Shown: piece after piece, positions 18,986-28,358 of the stretch
How positions within the stretch are numbered: the first letter of the stretch is position 1
Layout: each line of letters starts with the position of its first letter
Source of the DNA: Oscillatoriaceae cyanobacterium M33_DOE_052
Lineage (GTDB): Bacteria > Cyanobacteriota > Cyanobacteriia > Cyanobacteriales > Laspinemataceae
Assembly: GCA_015296065.1 (NCBI GenBank)
Contig: DVDU01000250.1
Coordinates: 1-46,229 of the forward strand
Direction of reading: 5' to 3'
DNA: 46,229 nt
Translations under genes and position numbers: made by a program
Notes under the pieces: generated by a model
Seen by the model: the letters and a program-made list of their open reading frames with translations, nothing else
What the model was told of the DNA's origin: nothing
Databases searched by the model: none

Positions 18986-20209
18986 CTAAGCCAAGATTAA
19001 CTCGACAAATGCCTCATCGCTGCGGATCTCGGTAAAAGTCGCGTCGAGTTTAGCTTTTTCCTTGTTAGTGGGGTCAATGTTGATCGCCTGACGGAGGTTG
19101 TCCACCACCAAATCCACATCACCTTTGAAGGCGTAACAACAGGCTTTTTCATACCAAGACTCACAGCGAGAAGAGTTGAGCTGGATAGCTTTGTTGTAAG
19201 AAGCGATCGCCTCATCGTGGCGCTGCATTTTCGTGAGCGCCTTACCCCGCTCTAACCAAGCATCATAGAAATCGGGATTAATCGAGATGCTCCTATCATA
19301 GACTTCCACAGCTTCTTGATACTTGCCCTCGGAAACTAGCTCTTTCGCCTGATTGATATAGACTCCTAAGACATCTTGAAAGGGCTTTTGAATGCTATCT
19401 TGAAACTTGGCGGATTCTTCTAGGGCACTGCGCGCCTCAGAGATTAAGTTTTGAGTAGCTAAAGCCATTGAAATTAGTTCATTTAACTGGGCATTTTGCT
19501 CAGCTTTTTGCTGTGATGAGAGTACGGGTAGCCCAGTATTGCCAGTATTGTCTAATGGTTGTGCTGGGGGAGAATGGGGGACGATCGCCGAGGTCATTTG
19601 AGAGTTTAACTCACCACCGAGCTGTTTTTTCACCTCAGTGCCCACTTGCTCCGCCACACTGCGGCGCATCAGCCAAATGCCCACCCAAGTCCCGGTCACC
19701 AGAAATAGAGTCAACCCCAGTACCCAGTTAATGAGGTTGGTGGTTTTGCTGAAGAGGCGATCGACTTCGGCTTGAACGATTTTTTGGATCCGCTCTTCTT
19801 CGGCGCCAGTTGGCATCACTTCATCCGCCGCCGAGGCAGGTTGGCTCATGGGAGCTGTGGGGGCAGGAGTATTGGTCGGTTCAGGTGTTGGGGTTGGCGA
19901 AACTACAGCCGCACTTGATGGGGAGGCGGTGGGTGTGGGTGCAGGCATCGCGGTGGGGTTTGAAAGTACGCCCCGAACTGGCGTGGTCGTAGCTCGTGGT
20001 GTGGTCGTGGCTTCTGGGGTGGTTTGTACCTTGGGTTTAGGTGGTGGCGGCGGCGTGGGAGTGGTCACAGCTTGAGAGATCGCCCCCTCCATCGTGGGGG
20101 AAAAATCGGGTCCGAAGGCAGCGATCGCGGCGCCGGGAGCGGACCCAAGAACGATCGCCAAGCTAACTTCCCACAACAGCGCCTTGGCCAGAGTCAACTT
20201 GGTTGTCAT
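18986..20209 (-). CDS. TPR-repeat protein with a signal peptide, a Pro/Thr-rich low-complexity region and a transmembrane segment
   Basis: The C-terminal 130 aa show 3 to 4 TPR units (YQEAVEVYDRSISINPDFYDAWLERGKAL...AIASYNKAIQLNS...). A hydrophobic segment LGLTLFLVTGTWVGIWLM is present. Confidence 0.7.
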   Translation of the reverse strand: MTTKLTLAKALLWEVSLAIVLGSAPGAAIAAFGPDFSPTMEGAISQAVTTPTPPPPPKPKVQTTPEATTTPRATTTPVRGVLSNPTAMPAPTPTASPSSAAVVSPTPTPEPTNTPAPTAPMSQPASAADEVMPTGAEEERIQKIVQAEVDRLFSKTTNLINWVLGLTLFLVTGTWVGIWLMRRSVAEQVGTEVKKQLGGELNSQMTSAIVPHSPPAQPLDNTGNTGLPVLSSQQKAEQNAQLNELISMALATQNLISEARSALEESAKFQDSIQKPFQDVLGVYINQAKELVSEGKYQEAVEVYDRSISINPDFYDAWLERGKALTKMQRHDEAIASYNKAIQLNSSRCESWYEKACCYAFKGDVDLVVDNLRQAINIDPTNKEKAKLDATFTEIRSDEAFVELILA

Positions 20210-20296
20210 AAAAACTTCCCTATGAGTACCAAAATCATGTTGTTGATATATTTATGCCCCAATTTATCCAAACACTAGCTGAAAATGCCACTTTGA

Positions 20297-20395
20297 GCCA
20301 GCAGTTCTTAGTTGAGCTGTAGCCCAAAAGGGTTGTCGGGCCTTCCCACAGCGGTTCCTAGTTGAGCTGTAGCCCAAAAGGTTTGTCGGGCTTTC
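20297..20395. repeat. Two tandem ~50-nt units, each containing GTTCTTAGTTGAGCTGTAGCCC, upstream of rpsN
   Basis: This is the reverse complement of the GGGCT(A/G)AAGCCCAACTAAGAAC motif seen at 3695-3718, at 5070-5123 (two copies) and at 41311-41335. Confidence 0.6.
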
Positions 20396-20460
20396 TTTAG
20401 AAACCTGCCCCGACGCGGTATGATGAGGAATGCTGTATTTTTCGGGAATCAGAACCAGAC

Positions 20461-20763
20461 ATGGCCAAGAAAAGCATCATCGAGCGGGAAAAGAAACGGC
20501 AGATGCTGGTGGACAAGTACAAAGAAAAGCGCGAAGAACTCAAAAAAGAGTTTGAGCAAGCCACCGATTTGGACGATAAAATCGCCCTCCACCGGCAAAT
20601 CCAGCAATTGCCGCGCAGCAGCTCCCGGACTCGCCTGCGGAACCGCTGCTGGCTGACGGGACGGCCCAGAGGCTATTACCGGGATTTCGGTTTATCTCGG
20701 AACGTGCTGCGGGAAATGGCACACCAGGGACTCCTCCCCGGGGTGGTCAAGTCCAGTTGGTAA
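20461..20763 (+). CDS. rpsN: 30S ribosomal protein S14
   Basis: [14 protein letters not shown]...[20 protein letters not shown]...LPGVVKSSW matches the S14 signature. Confidence 0.9.
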   Translation: MAKKSIIEREKKRQMLVDKYKEKREELKKEFEQATDLDDKIALHRQIQQLPRSSSRTRLRNRCWLTGRPRGYYRDFGLSRNVLREMAHQGLLPGVVKSSW

Positions 20764-20912
20764 TGCAATATTCTGCTTTTAATTTGCATTTTTATAATTC
20801 AGCAATAAATGCAATTCATGTATATTTGCAAAATGCTCAATGCAAATTAAAAGTATGAAAATTAGGGGAGCGCCCACCGTTAGGCTGGGCGTCAGCATCG
20901 CGCTCTGGGGCT

Positions 20913-21242
20913 TTACTGGCCGCAGCAGCGCTCTATCCCCAAGCTATCTAGGAGCAGGTCGCTGACGGCGTTGGCAACGGCAAATTCGCCGTAGAAGCTC
21001 TGGGAGAAGTCAAAAGCGGCCATCTCCATGACGATCGCGATCGTCAGCTCCCCCAAGTCTGTCTCCCCTTCCATCCGGTGGCGGACGAAGATTTGGGAGG
21101 CACGCCGAGCGATTTCTGCATTCACTGGTTCCGGGATGAACTCACGATCGAGCCAGTTATGTAAAGCAGCCTGTAGCCACTGCCCCTCCTGTTGGGGAGC
21201 AGTGGCTGGGGGTAGGGTAATTGGTGGCAATGGTTCGGACAT
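20913..21242 (-). CDS. Hypothetical protein, 109 aa
   Basis: The ORF has plausible protein composition. No family was recognised. Confidence 0.45.
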   Translation of the reverse strand: MSEPLPPITLPPATAPQQEGQWLQAALHNWLDREFIPEPVNAEIARRASQIFVRHRMEGETDLGELTIAIVMEMAAFDFSQSFYGEFAVANAVSDLLLDSLGIERCCGQ

Positions 21243-21267
21243 AAGATTTTTTCAAATCCAAATCCCA

Positions 21268-21349
21268 GATAATTAACAATTGATAATTAACAATTGATAA
21301 TTGATAATTAATAATTATCAATTATCAATTATCAATTGTCAATTGTCAC
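21268..21349. repeat. Palindromic TTGATAA-family heptamer array ending 13 nt before the aat start codon
   Basis: gataattaacaattgataattaacaattgataattgataattaataattatcaattatcaattatcaattgtcaattgtcac. Confidence 0.8.
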
Positions 21350-21361
21350 TGGACAAATGAA

Positions 21362-21940
21362 ATGAAGTATAACATCCCGGCAATTATCGAAGGCTATGCC
21401 AAAGGATATTTCCTGATGGCGAACGATGGCGATGACTCCCTGGATTGGTATAGCAGCCGCCAAAGAGCGCTAATACCATTAGACGATCGGTTTCGTTATC
21501 CCAAGTCCCTACAACGCATCCTCAACCAAGACCGATTTACCGAGGCAGTTAACCAAAACTTTGAGGCAGTGGTGAATGGTTGCGCCAACCGGGATACCAC
21601 CTGGATATCCCCCCAACTGCAGGAAATTTACTGGGAACTGCATCTCTCCGGCTGGGCCTACAGCTTTGAAACCTGGCAGGGAGACGAACTAGCAGGCGGA
21701 ATTTTAGGCATAGTCATTGGTGGCGCCTTCATCGGCGAATCAATGTTTTACCGCATTCCCGATGGTTCTAAAGTGGCGATGGTGAAGTTGGTAGAAAGGC
21801 TGCGCGATCGCCAGTTTCTCCTCTTCGATGCCCAAATGACCAACCCCCACCTAGAGCGCTTTGGTGCCTACACCGTCAAAGACAAAGAATATCAAGAGCT
21901 GCTCGCCCGCTCCTTGTACCGGCGGTGTTCCTTATTGTAA
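21362..21940 (+). CDS. aat: Leucyl/phenylalanyl-tRNA--protein transferase
   Basis: GYFLM..DGDDSLDWYSSRQRALIP, WISPQLQEIYWELHLSGWAYSFETW and GGILGIVIGGAFIGESMF match the L/F-transferase family. Confidence 0.85.
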   Translation: MKYNIPAIIEGYAKGYFLMANDGDDSLDWYSSRQRALIPLDDRFRYPKSLQRILNQDRFTEAVNQNFEAVVNGCANRDTTWISPQLQEIYWELHLSGWAYSFETWQGDELAGGILGIVIGGAFIGESMFYRIPDGSKVAMVKLVERLRDRQFLLFDAQMTNPHLERFGAYTVKDKEYQELLARSLYRRCSLL

Positions 21941-21963
21941 TTCCCGGACTAATTCACTACCCC

Positions 21964-22794
21964 TCAGACCAACCGCTCGTTAACCAATGTGGAGCTAACC
22001 CATTCCCCTTTGTCACTGTAACTGCGAATGAAGCGCTGGCGCCATCCCGGTTGCACCAACCAACCCACTTCAAAGAAAAACGCTTGGCGCAAGGGCAGTT
22101 GTGGCGGTTGAGTCGCCGAACCACCTCCAGGGAGCAGCAAGACTTGCACTGGGTGGGAGCCTTGGTCAAAGTGGAGAATGTCACCATCTACCCGCCCTTT
22201 GGAATTGATGGTTTTACTCCCAAAACTCAAATTTTGTTCTATATATCCACCGCCGATATCTTTAATTTCTAAAGTGGTAGGATAAATATCTGCAGGTCGC
22301 CAGTCCGGGTACATGGTGCAGGCAGTTCCTTCCCACTGGCCCAGGAGTTGCGCTACGGTCAAAGGGGGGCTTTCCACGGCACCAGAATCAAGGCGAGTTT
22401 CCCGAATCAGGGTCAGACTGGTAAACTGGTTTTCTTTATTGAATTGCTGCACAAACCGCAACCGTCTGTCTCCCTCCACCAACCCAAATTCAGAGACAAA
22501 CTCAGAAAAGGGGGCTAATTGCATATTGCCCTTAGAAAAAGCGCCGTTATCAAAAAATAATGCGTGACGCCCCAGAGACTGAAATTCCTGGGTGTATTCC
22601 CGGGGAGTGCTTTCTCCATTGGAGTCGGTTTGGAAGCGGCGGATATGAAATCGCACCCGCTGGTTATTGTCCAAACCTTCTAGGGTGAGGATACTGGGAG
22701 TAGAGCCCAAGATTTCTCCCTGTGGGGATATTTGAGTGAATGATCCCTCCCATACCCCCAGATTTTTCAGAAAATTGTCCCATTGCCCGCTCAT
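21964..22794 (-). CDS. Conserved cyanobacterial hypothetical protein, possibly DUF3598-like
   Basis: The ORF is 276 aa with a non-repetitive sequence. The family assignment is from memory only. Confidence 0.5.
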   Translation of the reverse strand: MSGQWDNFLKNLGVWEGSFTQISPQGEILGSTPSILTLEGLDNNQRVRFHIRRFQTDSNGESTPREYTQEFQSLGRHALFFDNGAFSKGNMQLAPFSEFVSEFGLVEGDRRLRFVQQFNKENQFTSLTLIRETRLDSGAVESPPLTVAQLLGQWEGTACTMYPDWRPADIYPTTLEIKDIGGGYIEQNLSFGSKTINSKGRVDGDILHFDQGSHPVQVLLLPGGGSATQPPQLPLRQAFFFEVGWLVQPGWRQRFIRSYSDKGEWVSSTLVNERLV

Positions 22795-22944
22795 TTATTT
22801 CCTCTGGATGGCCATATGGACCATTTTACCCAGAGGATAACGTTAGAGGGTAGTGCCGTATTTTGGGCAATGCCCACCTTACCAGGCTCTTGAACAGGGC
22901 ATTACCCCCGGATGGTGGGCATTCCCCTGTTCACAGAAAAAAAT

Positions 22945-24507
22945 TTAGTGCAAGAAGTGGCGGATCCCAGTAAACAGCATCACGATGCCCAGTTCGTTGG
23001 CGGCGTCGATCGACTCTTGGTCGCGCAGACTGCCTCCTGGTTGGACGATCGCCACGATCCCTTTCTCGGCGGCGAGCTTTACTGAGTCCCCAAAGGGGAA
23101 AAAGGCATCGCTAGAGAGGACAGCTCCTACAGCTTTGTCTCCGGCTTGTTCTAGGGCGATTTTTGCTGACCCCACCCGGTTCATTTGACCGGCCCCCACG
23201 CCAGCGGTGGCTCGATCGCGGGTGACGACAATGGCATTAGATTTCACATGTTTAACCACTTTCCAGGCGAAGAACAGCTCTTCGATCTGGTCAGGAGTGG
23301 GTTGTTTTTCTGTCACAACTTGCCACTGCTGGGGATGTTCCATTGCCTGATCCCCTTCTTGAAGCAGGAAACCACCAGCGATCGCTTTGATAGTTTGCTG
23401 CGGCTCATCCGTCAGAGAAGCCAGAGTCAACACCCGCACACGAGATTTGCTTTGGAGAATTTCCGCCGCTTCGGGAGTACAAGCGGGAGCCACCACACAT
23501 TCCAAAAATATCTGGGTCAACTCAAGGGCGGTATCCGCATCGATCGGGCGGTTGAGAGCCACAATACCCCCAAAAGCCGATACTGGGTCCGAGGCAAGGG
23601 CTTTTTGATACGCCGCCACTGGCGTTTTTGCCAAAGCCACACCACAAGGATTATTGTGTTTTAAAATCGCCGCTGCAGCTGCACCGGAACTGGGAAACTC
23701 GGAAATCAAGCGGCGGGCAGCTTCCAAGTCCACCAAGTTGTTGTAGCTGAGTTCTTTACCTTGGACTTTGGTGGCGGCGGCCCAACCGGTAGCAGTTTGC
23801 CCAGTTTGATACCATGCTGCCTTTTGGTGCGGGTTTTCACCATACCGCATCGGTTGCACTTGCTTGCCCACCAGGGTAAACTGGGGTGGCAAGGTGGGGT
23901 CTTCTAGGGAACCTGCCAGGGGTTGGTTGCCTAGGTAGGCAGCGATCGCCTCGTCATAAGTCGCCGTATGCCAGAATGCCTCCCGGGCACAGGCTTGGCG
24001 GAATGCCAGGGATACCTCCCCCCTCTGTTCTTGCAACTGCTGCAAATACGGTTCATACTGAGACGATTTGCATAAAACTGTCAGGTGCAGGTGATTTTTG
24101 GCAGCGGCTCGCAGCATCGCCGGTCCGCCAATATCGATATTTTCGATCGCCTCCGCCATCGTCACCCCCGGTTTAGCGATCGTTTCCTGGAACGGGTAGA
24201 GGTTTACCACCACCAAATCAATGGGGCGGATATGGTTAGCTTCCATTTCTGCCACGTCTGAGGGAAAGTCTCGCCGCCCCAAAATCCCACCATGAATGCG
24301 CGGGTGCAGAGTTTTCACCCTCCCCCCCAAAATCTCAGGAAAACCGGTATAATCAGATACTTTCATTACCGGCAATTTCGCATTGGACAGGGTTTTAGCA
24401 GTACCGCCACTGCTAATCAGGTCAAATCCGAACTCTTCGACGAGGCGGCGGGCGAACTCGACTAACCCCGTTTTATCAGACGTACTCACCAGAGCCAAAC
24501 GGGCCAT
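22945..24507 (-). CDS. purH: Bifunctional AICAR transformylase / IMP cyclohydrolase
   Basis: An N-terminal MGS-like domain (ALVSTSDKTGLVEFAR...SSGGTAKTL) and a C-terminal AICARFT domain are present. The length is 520 aa. Confidence 0.95.
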   Translation of the reverse strand: MARLALVSTSDKTGLVEFARRLVEEFGFDLISSGGTAKTLSNAKLPVMKVSDYTGFPEILGGRVKTLHPRIHGGILGRRDFPSDVAEMEANHIRPIDLVVVNLYPFQETIAKPGVTMAEAIENIDIGGPAMLRAAAKNHLHLTVLCKSSQYEPYLQQLQEQRGEVSLAFRQACAREAFWHTATYDEAIAAYLGNQPLAGSLEDPTLPPQFTLVGKQVQPMRYGENPHQKAAWYQTGQTATGWAAATKVQGKELSYNNLVDLEAARRLISEFPSSGAAAAAILKHNNPCGVALAKTPVAAYQKALASDPVSAFGGIVALNRPIDADTALELTQIFLECVVAPACTPEAAEILQSKSRVRVLTLASLTDEPQQTIKAIAGGFLLQEGDQAMEHPQQWQVVTEKQPTPDQIEELFFAWKVVKHVKSNAIVVTRDRATAGVGAGQMNRVGSAKIALEQAGDKAVGAVLSSDAFFPFGDSVKLAAEKGIVAIVQPGGSLRDQESIDAANELGIVMLFTGIRHFLH

Positions 24508-24688
24508 AATTCAGAAATCCCCCCAGACGTTAATCAGCTTTGTTTACCTGCTTTCAGAATAAAGCTAAGTTCCCTTATACCCCTCTGATGTAAGGTTTCT
24601 TTTAGTTTTTCCCCATATCCTGCCTCATACAATGGCCAAAAATACTCTGTCTCCCCTATGTCTGTTGCGGGGGAGATGGGGGCAAAAA

Positions 24689-25558
24689 TCAGAGGATATC
24701 GCTGCTAATGCGACTTTCGCCGATTTTCGGTCTGCCATTATGGCTCCACCAGTCCTGCCATTTAGAGCGGTCCATGTTGATTTGCCGAACGCCGTCAGGC
24801 GTCGCGTTAGCATCGGTGGTGACGCTCTCATTGTATATTTCCACCAACTCCAGCAGCGTCATTGTATAATCTTGCAGCAAGTCTTTACAGGCGAAGAGCA
24901 AATCGCCGCGATCGCCCAGCGCATTCATTTTCTTAGCATCCCAAATCGAGCCAATAAAGCGAATAAACACCGAAGCTGAAAGCTCTTCGATCACATCAAC
25001 CACTTGAGAATCCAAATAAAACGAGTACCGATCCACCACTTGACCCAGAGCTGATTGCAGACTAGAACACTCAGAATAAAGATAATCCAGCCAGTCCATT
25101 TCTTCCCCTTGGGGCGTCACCACCGGCGCCACCTTCAACAAATCCAGAAACTTCACTTCCTGAAAATAGGTTTCGTCAAATAAATCTCTAATATTTTGAT
25201 AATCTTTATCTGGTTTCACTTCTACGGATGCTTTAAACATATCAAATAACAAATAAATTTGTTTTCTCAAAACAAATCTTAGTTGCCGAAAAGCTATTTC
25301 TCTAAATTTCTTTTTTTCCTTCTCTTGATTAGCTTCTACCGTTTGATTTACCGTAAAAAGCACCACCAATATTCCTACCAGCTCTGCCGCTAAATTCAAA
25401 GAAAAATCTTTTAACCATAAATCACAAACCCCACCAAGTGAAAAATTATTCAAACATCCCCAAAGAGAGATAAAAGACAACAGCAAAACTAAAAATAAAA
25501 TTGCATAAGATTCCTTTAAAAAATCTGGCGATAAAAATTTCCTGAATGAATGCCACAT
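24689..25558 (-). CDS. Hypothetical membrane protein with two N-terminal transmembrane helices. Its 5' half is strongly AT-rich and its 3' half has host-like GC.
   Basis: Hydrophobic segments AILFLVLLLSFISLWGCL and LAAELVGILVVLFTV are present. The first ~500 nt of the gene are visibly AT-rich relative to the flanks. A TTGATAA array directly abuts the start codon. Confidence 0.55.
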   Translation of the reverse strand: MWHSFRKFLSPDFLKESYAILFLVLLLSFISLWGCLNNFSLGGVCDLWLKDFSLNLAAELVGILVVLFTVNQTVEANQEKEKKKFREIAFRQLRFVLRKQIYLLFDMFKASVEVKPDKDYQNIRDLFDETYFQEVKFLDLLKVAPVVTPQGEEMDWLDYLYSECSSLQSALGQVVDRYSFYLDSQVVDVIEELSASVFIRFIGSIWDAKKMNALGDRGDLLFACKDLLQDYTMTLLELVEIYNESVTTDANATPDGVRQINMDRSKWQDWWSHNGRPKIGESRISSDIL

Positions 25559-25570
25559 AAAAAATAGCCC

Positions 25571-25632
25571 ATTGATAATTGATAATTGATAATTGATAAT
25601 TGATAATTGATAATTGATAATTGATAATTATC
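25571..25632. repeat. (TTGATAA)n array of about 8 units, 13 nt upstream of the start of the 24689-25558 gene
   Basis: ttgataattgataattgataattgataattgataattgataattgataattat. Confidence 0.8.
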
Positions 25633-26002
25633 CCCGTGACTTCATAGGGGCAGGGTGAGCAATGCCCAAGACAATCTCTAAGGCGACCCCACAGCCATAT
25701 CAGTAGGCATTGCCCACCCGACAATCTTTTGCAGGCTGACAGAAATCTATCATATCCCACCCTTGGGGACTTCTGGACTAGAGACCCCAAGGCTCCATAA
25801 CAGATTTAGGGCTATTTCCGGTCACAACAAAGACAGTGACGAGAGCGACTACCATCTCCCAACGACACCAAGAGAGCTGCAGCCATCACCACGAAGCAAA
25901 AACCGTGGACAGTTGAGTAAGTGACCTCAAGAGGCGATTTTACTTCTGACGCCGCCAAAGCCAATCGGAATCAGTTAGCAGTTATGAACGGGTAGGTTCA
26001 AA

Positions 26003-26608
26003 ATGCGCGTCTACACTTCCATCCTCTTGTCCGGTCTGCTCCTCGCCAGTTTCACCAACAGCGCCCGAGCCATTTCATCTCGCAATGGCGAATCCTCCGC
26101 ACCCGCCACCGCCACAATCATACAGGTACAAACTGAAAAAGATTCCTTGATATCCCAGCCAGCTCTCACCGGTGAGTCCCACTGGGCCAATCTCAAACAT
26201 CGCGGTAGCGGTCGAGTAGAAACCAGCCAAGATGCTCGCAGTAGCGATCGCGTCAAGTCAGAAGATGCTCGCGGTAGCGGTCGCGTCGAAAATACCCCCG
26301 ATGCTCGCGGTAGCGGTCGCGTCAAGTCAGAAGATGCTCGCGGTAGCGGTCGCGTCGAAAATACCCCCGATGCTCGCGGTAGCGGTCGCGTCAAGTCAGA
26401 AGATGCTCGCGGTAGCGGTCGCGTCGAAAACAGCGAAGACGCCCGGGGCAGTGGCCGAGTGAAATCAGAAGACGATCGCGGTAGCGGTCGCGTGGAAAAC
26501 AACGAAGACGCCCGGGGCAGTGGCCGAGTGAAATCAGAAGACGATCGCGGTAGCGGTCGCGTCGAGAAAGATAACGCTGGTCGGGGCAGCGGCAGGGTGG
26601 AAGCGTAA
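26003..26608 (+). CDS. Secreted repeat protein: a signal peptide followed by about 13 tandem 11-aa units (DARGSGRVKSE alternating with DARGSGRVENTP)
   Basis: MRVYTSILLSGLLLASFTNSARA is a Sec signal. The 33-nt DNA units (gatgctcgcggtagcggtcgcgtcaagtcagaa) are arranged in 66-69-nt super-repeats. The antisense ORF 26011-26502 was rejected. Confidence 0.6.
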   Translation: MRVYTSILLSGLLLASFTNSARAISSRNGESSAPATATIIQVQTEKDSLISQPALTGESHWANLKHRGSGRVETSQDARSSDRVKSEDARGSGRVENTPDARGSGRVKSEDARGSGRVENTPDARGSGRVKSEDARGSGRVENSEDARGSGRVKSEDDRGSGRVENNEDARGSGRVKSEDDRGSGRVEKDNAGRGSGRVEA

Positions 26609-26740
26609 GAACTAGAGTAGGCTTTTGCGTGCTATTAATTAGCCTACTCTAAAACCCACGTTTCTGTCAAGAGTTTTGCCAAAAAAATTTCCTACCTGCT
26701 GGGGATGAATCTCCAGCAGCTTTACCATGCTTTCGGGCAA

Positions 26741-28207
26741 CTATTCCCGAAGAATCCCTCTTTGCTTGATGCTATATTCGGTAGTTTGAGACAAACTCGG
26801 CCAGGGGGAAAAATGTAATTTCAAAACCCGCTTGTCTGGGTCGGCGTCCCAATGGCTGTAGTCATTTTTCCACTTAGCCAAAAAAACTGGCTGGGTTCTG
26901 CCTAAAAATTGGACTAACTGGTGATAAATCAGCTCAGACATGGGAGAATTTATCGTGACTCCTACCTGAGTTTCTAGCTCTAGTGCCAGATGCTGTCTAG
27001 TTTCTGCATAAATAATTTTGGCGCGGTAAATGCCAGTGAGAAGGGTTTGCAGTTCAGGGCATCTTATCGCTTCGTCCAGCATATATTCGGTAATATTAGT
27101 GCCGTCTAGAATCAGACAACTATCGGAGCGACCAGTGACAGCAATGATATTGGGCAACCAATTGGCACTTTTTGCCAGCACATCGACCCAAGGGTTATCC
27201 CCTGGTGGTAAATGTTTTGATGTGAGGATGGCTTGTTTTAGTTTTTTCCAGCGATAAAACGCTACTTTATCATAGACCATGTAGCGCACTAGGGGAATGC
27301 CTTGCCAGCGGGTGATGCAAAGACTGCCATCAACAATTTCCAGGAAGGCGTCAAAGGCGATCGAGTGAAAAAACAGCGGTATTGGCGGTGTAATTCCCAG
27401 TTCCTTAGCCAGAGCGGGGTGTTGCTCCAATATTTGCCGAACCGCTACCGAGCCTAAAGATTCCACCCCCAAACCACCCGTATCAGCACTACCATACATA
27501 GAAAGCATAAAAGTAGTTTCTGGGGGGATACCAGCTTCAGTTTGCCAATAACTGCGAATGCTTTCGGGAAAGGGTTCGCCTAACAGTACATACTTTAATT
27601 TCGCCACAGGAAGAGTTTTCCCCAACTCCTGAGCCGTGAGGTGCAGGTGAGATATCGCCGCTGGGGTGATTAAAATAATCATCTGTTCCACCAAATTATC
27701 CAGCCGCTGCACCATCTCGATAATTTCCTGAAAATTAGTGCCGGGAGTAAACACCCAGAAAGGATAGCTCACCTGCATGGCCACATTTTTCACCCCCCAG
27801 GAAAAATGTTCTCCCGGCAACCAGCTCCCCAACCCCAACCCTACAATTACCATTGTTTTGCGCTGATGGATGGCAAAAGATTGCTCTAAAAAGAGCCTGG
27901 TTGCCAGAGGAAGAAAGCGGCTGCTGGGCTTCAAAACTGGCCAGAAAAAAGGGTTGCCAGAAGAGCCAGAAGAGCGAAAAATGGCCAAGATTTTTTCCCG
28001 GTCTCCCCCCAGCAATTCCTCATAAGGATAAGCTAAGGCATAAGATTGCTTATCCGTCACTGGTAATTGGTGAAATTCCACATTAGTGTTGACGCCTCGG
28101 TTCGCTAAGAACTGCCGGTAAGCAATCACCTGCTGTTGCACTCTCCGGGCCACCTTTTCCCCTTGTAGTTGCCAACCGAGAGTATGTTTCTCCCAGGCTC
28201 TCTCCAT
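26741..28207 (-). CDS. Adenylate-forming enzyme of the ANL superfamily, phenylacetate-CoA ligase / F390-synthetase / GH3-like
   Basis: SSGSSGNPFFWP resembles the phosphate-binding A3 motif (S/T)SG(S/T)TGxP. YGSADTGGLGVE resembles the A5 YGxTE motif. The length is 488 aa. Confidence 0.55.
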   Translation of the reverse strand: MERAWEKHTLGWQLQGEKVARRVQQQVIAYRQFLANRGVNTNVEFHQLPVTDKQSYALAYPYEELLGGDREKILAIFRSSGSSGNPFFWPVLKPSSRFLPLATRLFLEQSFAIHQRKTMVIVGLGLGSWLPGEHFSWGVKNVAMQVSYPFWVFTPGTNFQEIIEMVQRLDNLVEQMIILITPAAISHLHLTAQELGKTLPVAKLKYVLLGEPFPESIRSYWQTEAGIPPETTFMLSMYGSADTGGLGVESLGSVAVRQILEQHPALAKELGITPPIPLFFHSIAFDAFLEIVDGSLCITRWQGIPLVRYMVYDKVAFYRWKKLKQAILTSKHLPPGDNPWVDVLAKSANWLPNIIAVTGRSDSCLILDGTNITEYMLDEAIRCPELQTLLTGIYRAKIIYAETRQHLALELETQVGVTINSPMSELIYHQLVQFLGRTQPVFLAKWKNDYSHWDADPDKRVLKLHFSPWPSLSQTTEYSIKQRGILRE

Positions 28208-28358
28208 TGCTAATCCTCCAGTTTTTCCCCAGACGCGGCGCGTTTGGCTTGATCATATCAAAAGTTTACCTTTTCCCGGCCAGCCGATGGGACATAGCCG
28301 CTTCCTGCCAGAATGATTTATAATTATCGCATTCATTCCCAAAGCGCCCCTAGCTGTT

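Noticed and set aside
20913-21242. Assignment of the 109-aa ORF to a named family.
   Set aside because: No motif was recognised with confidence. It is left as hypothetical.
25571-25632. The TTGATAATTGATAA... arrays (also at 10176, 21268, 33795 and 35305) looked superficially like a CRISPR array.
   Set aside because: The unit is only 7 nt and there are no unique spacers. The arrays are perfect palindromes and no cas genes are present. They are STRR-type heptamer repeats.
26011-26502. A 163-aa ORF antisense to the repeat protein.
   Set aside because: It is a mirror reading of the tandem DNA repeat. The plus-strand ORF has a proper Sec signal peptide and start context.
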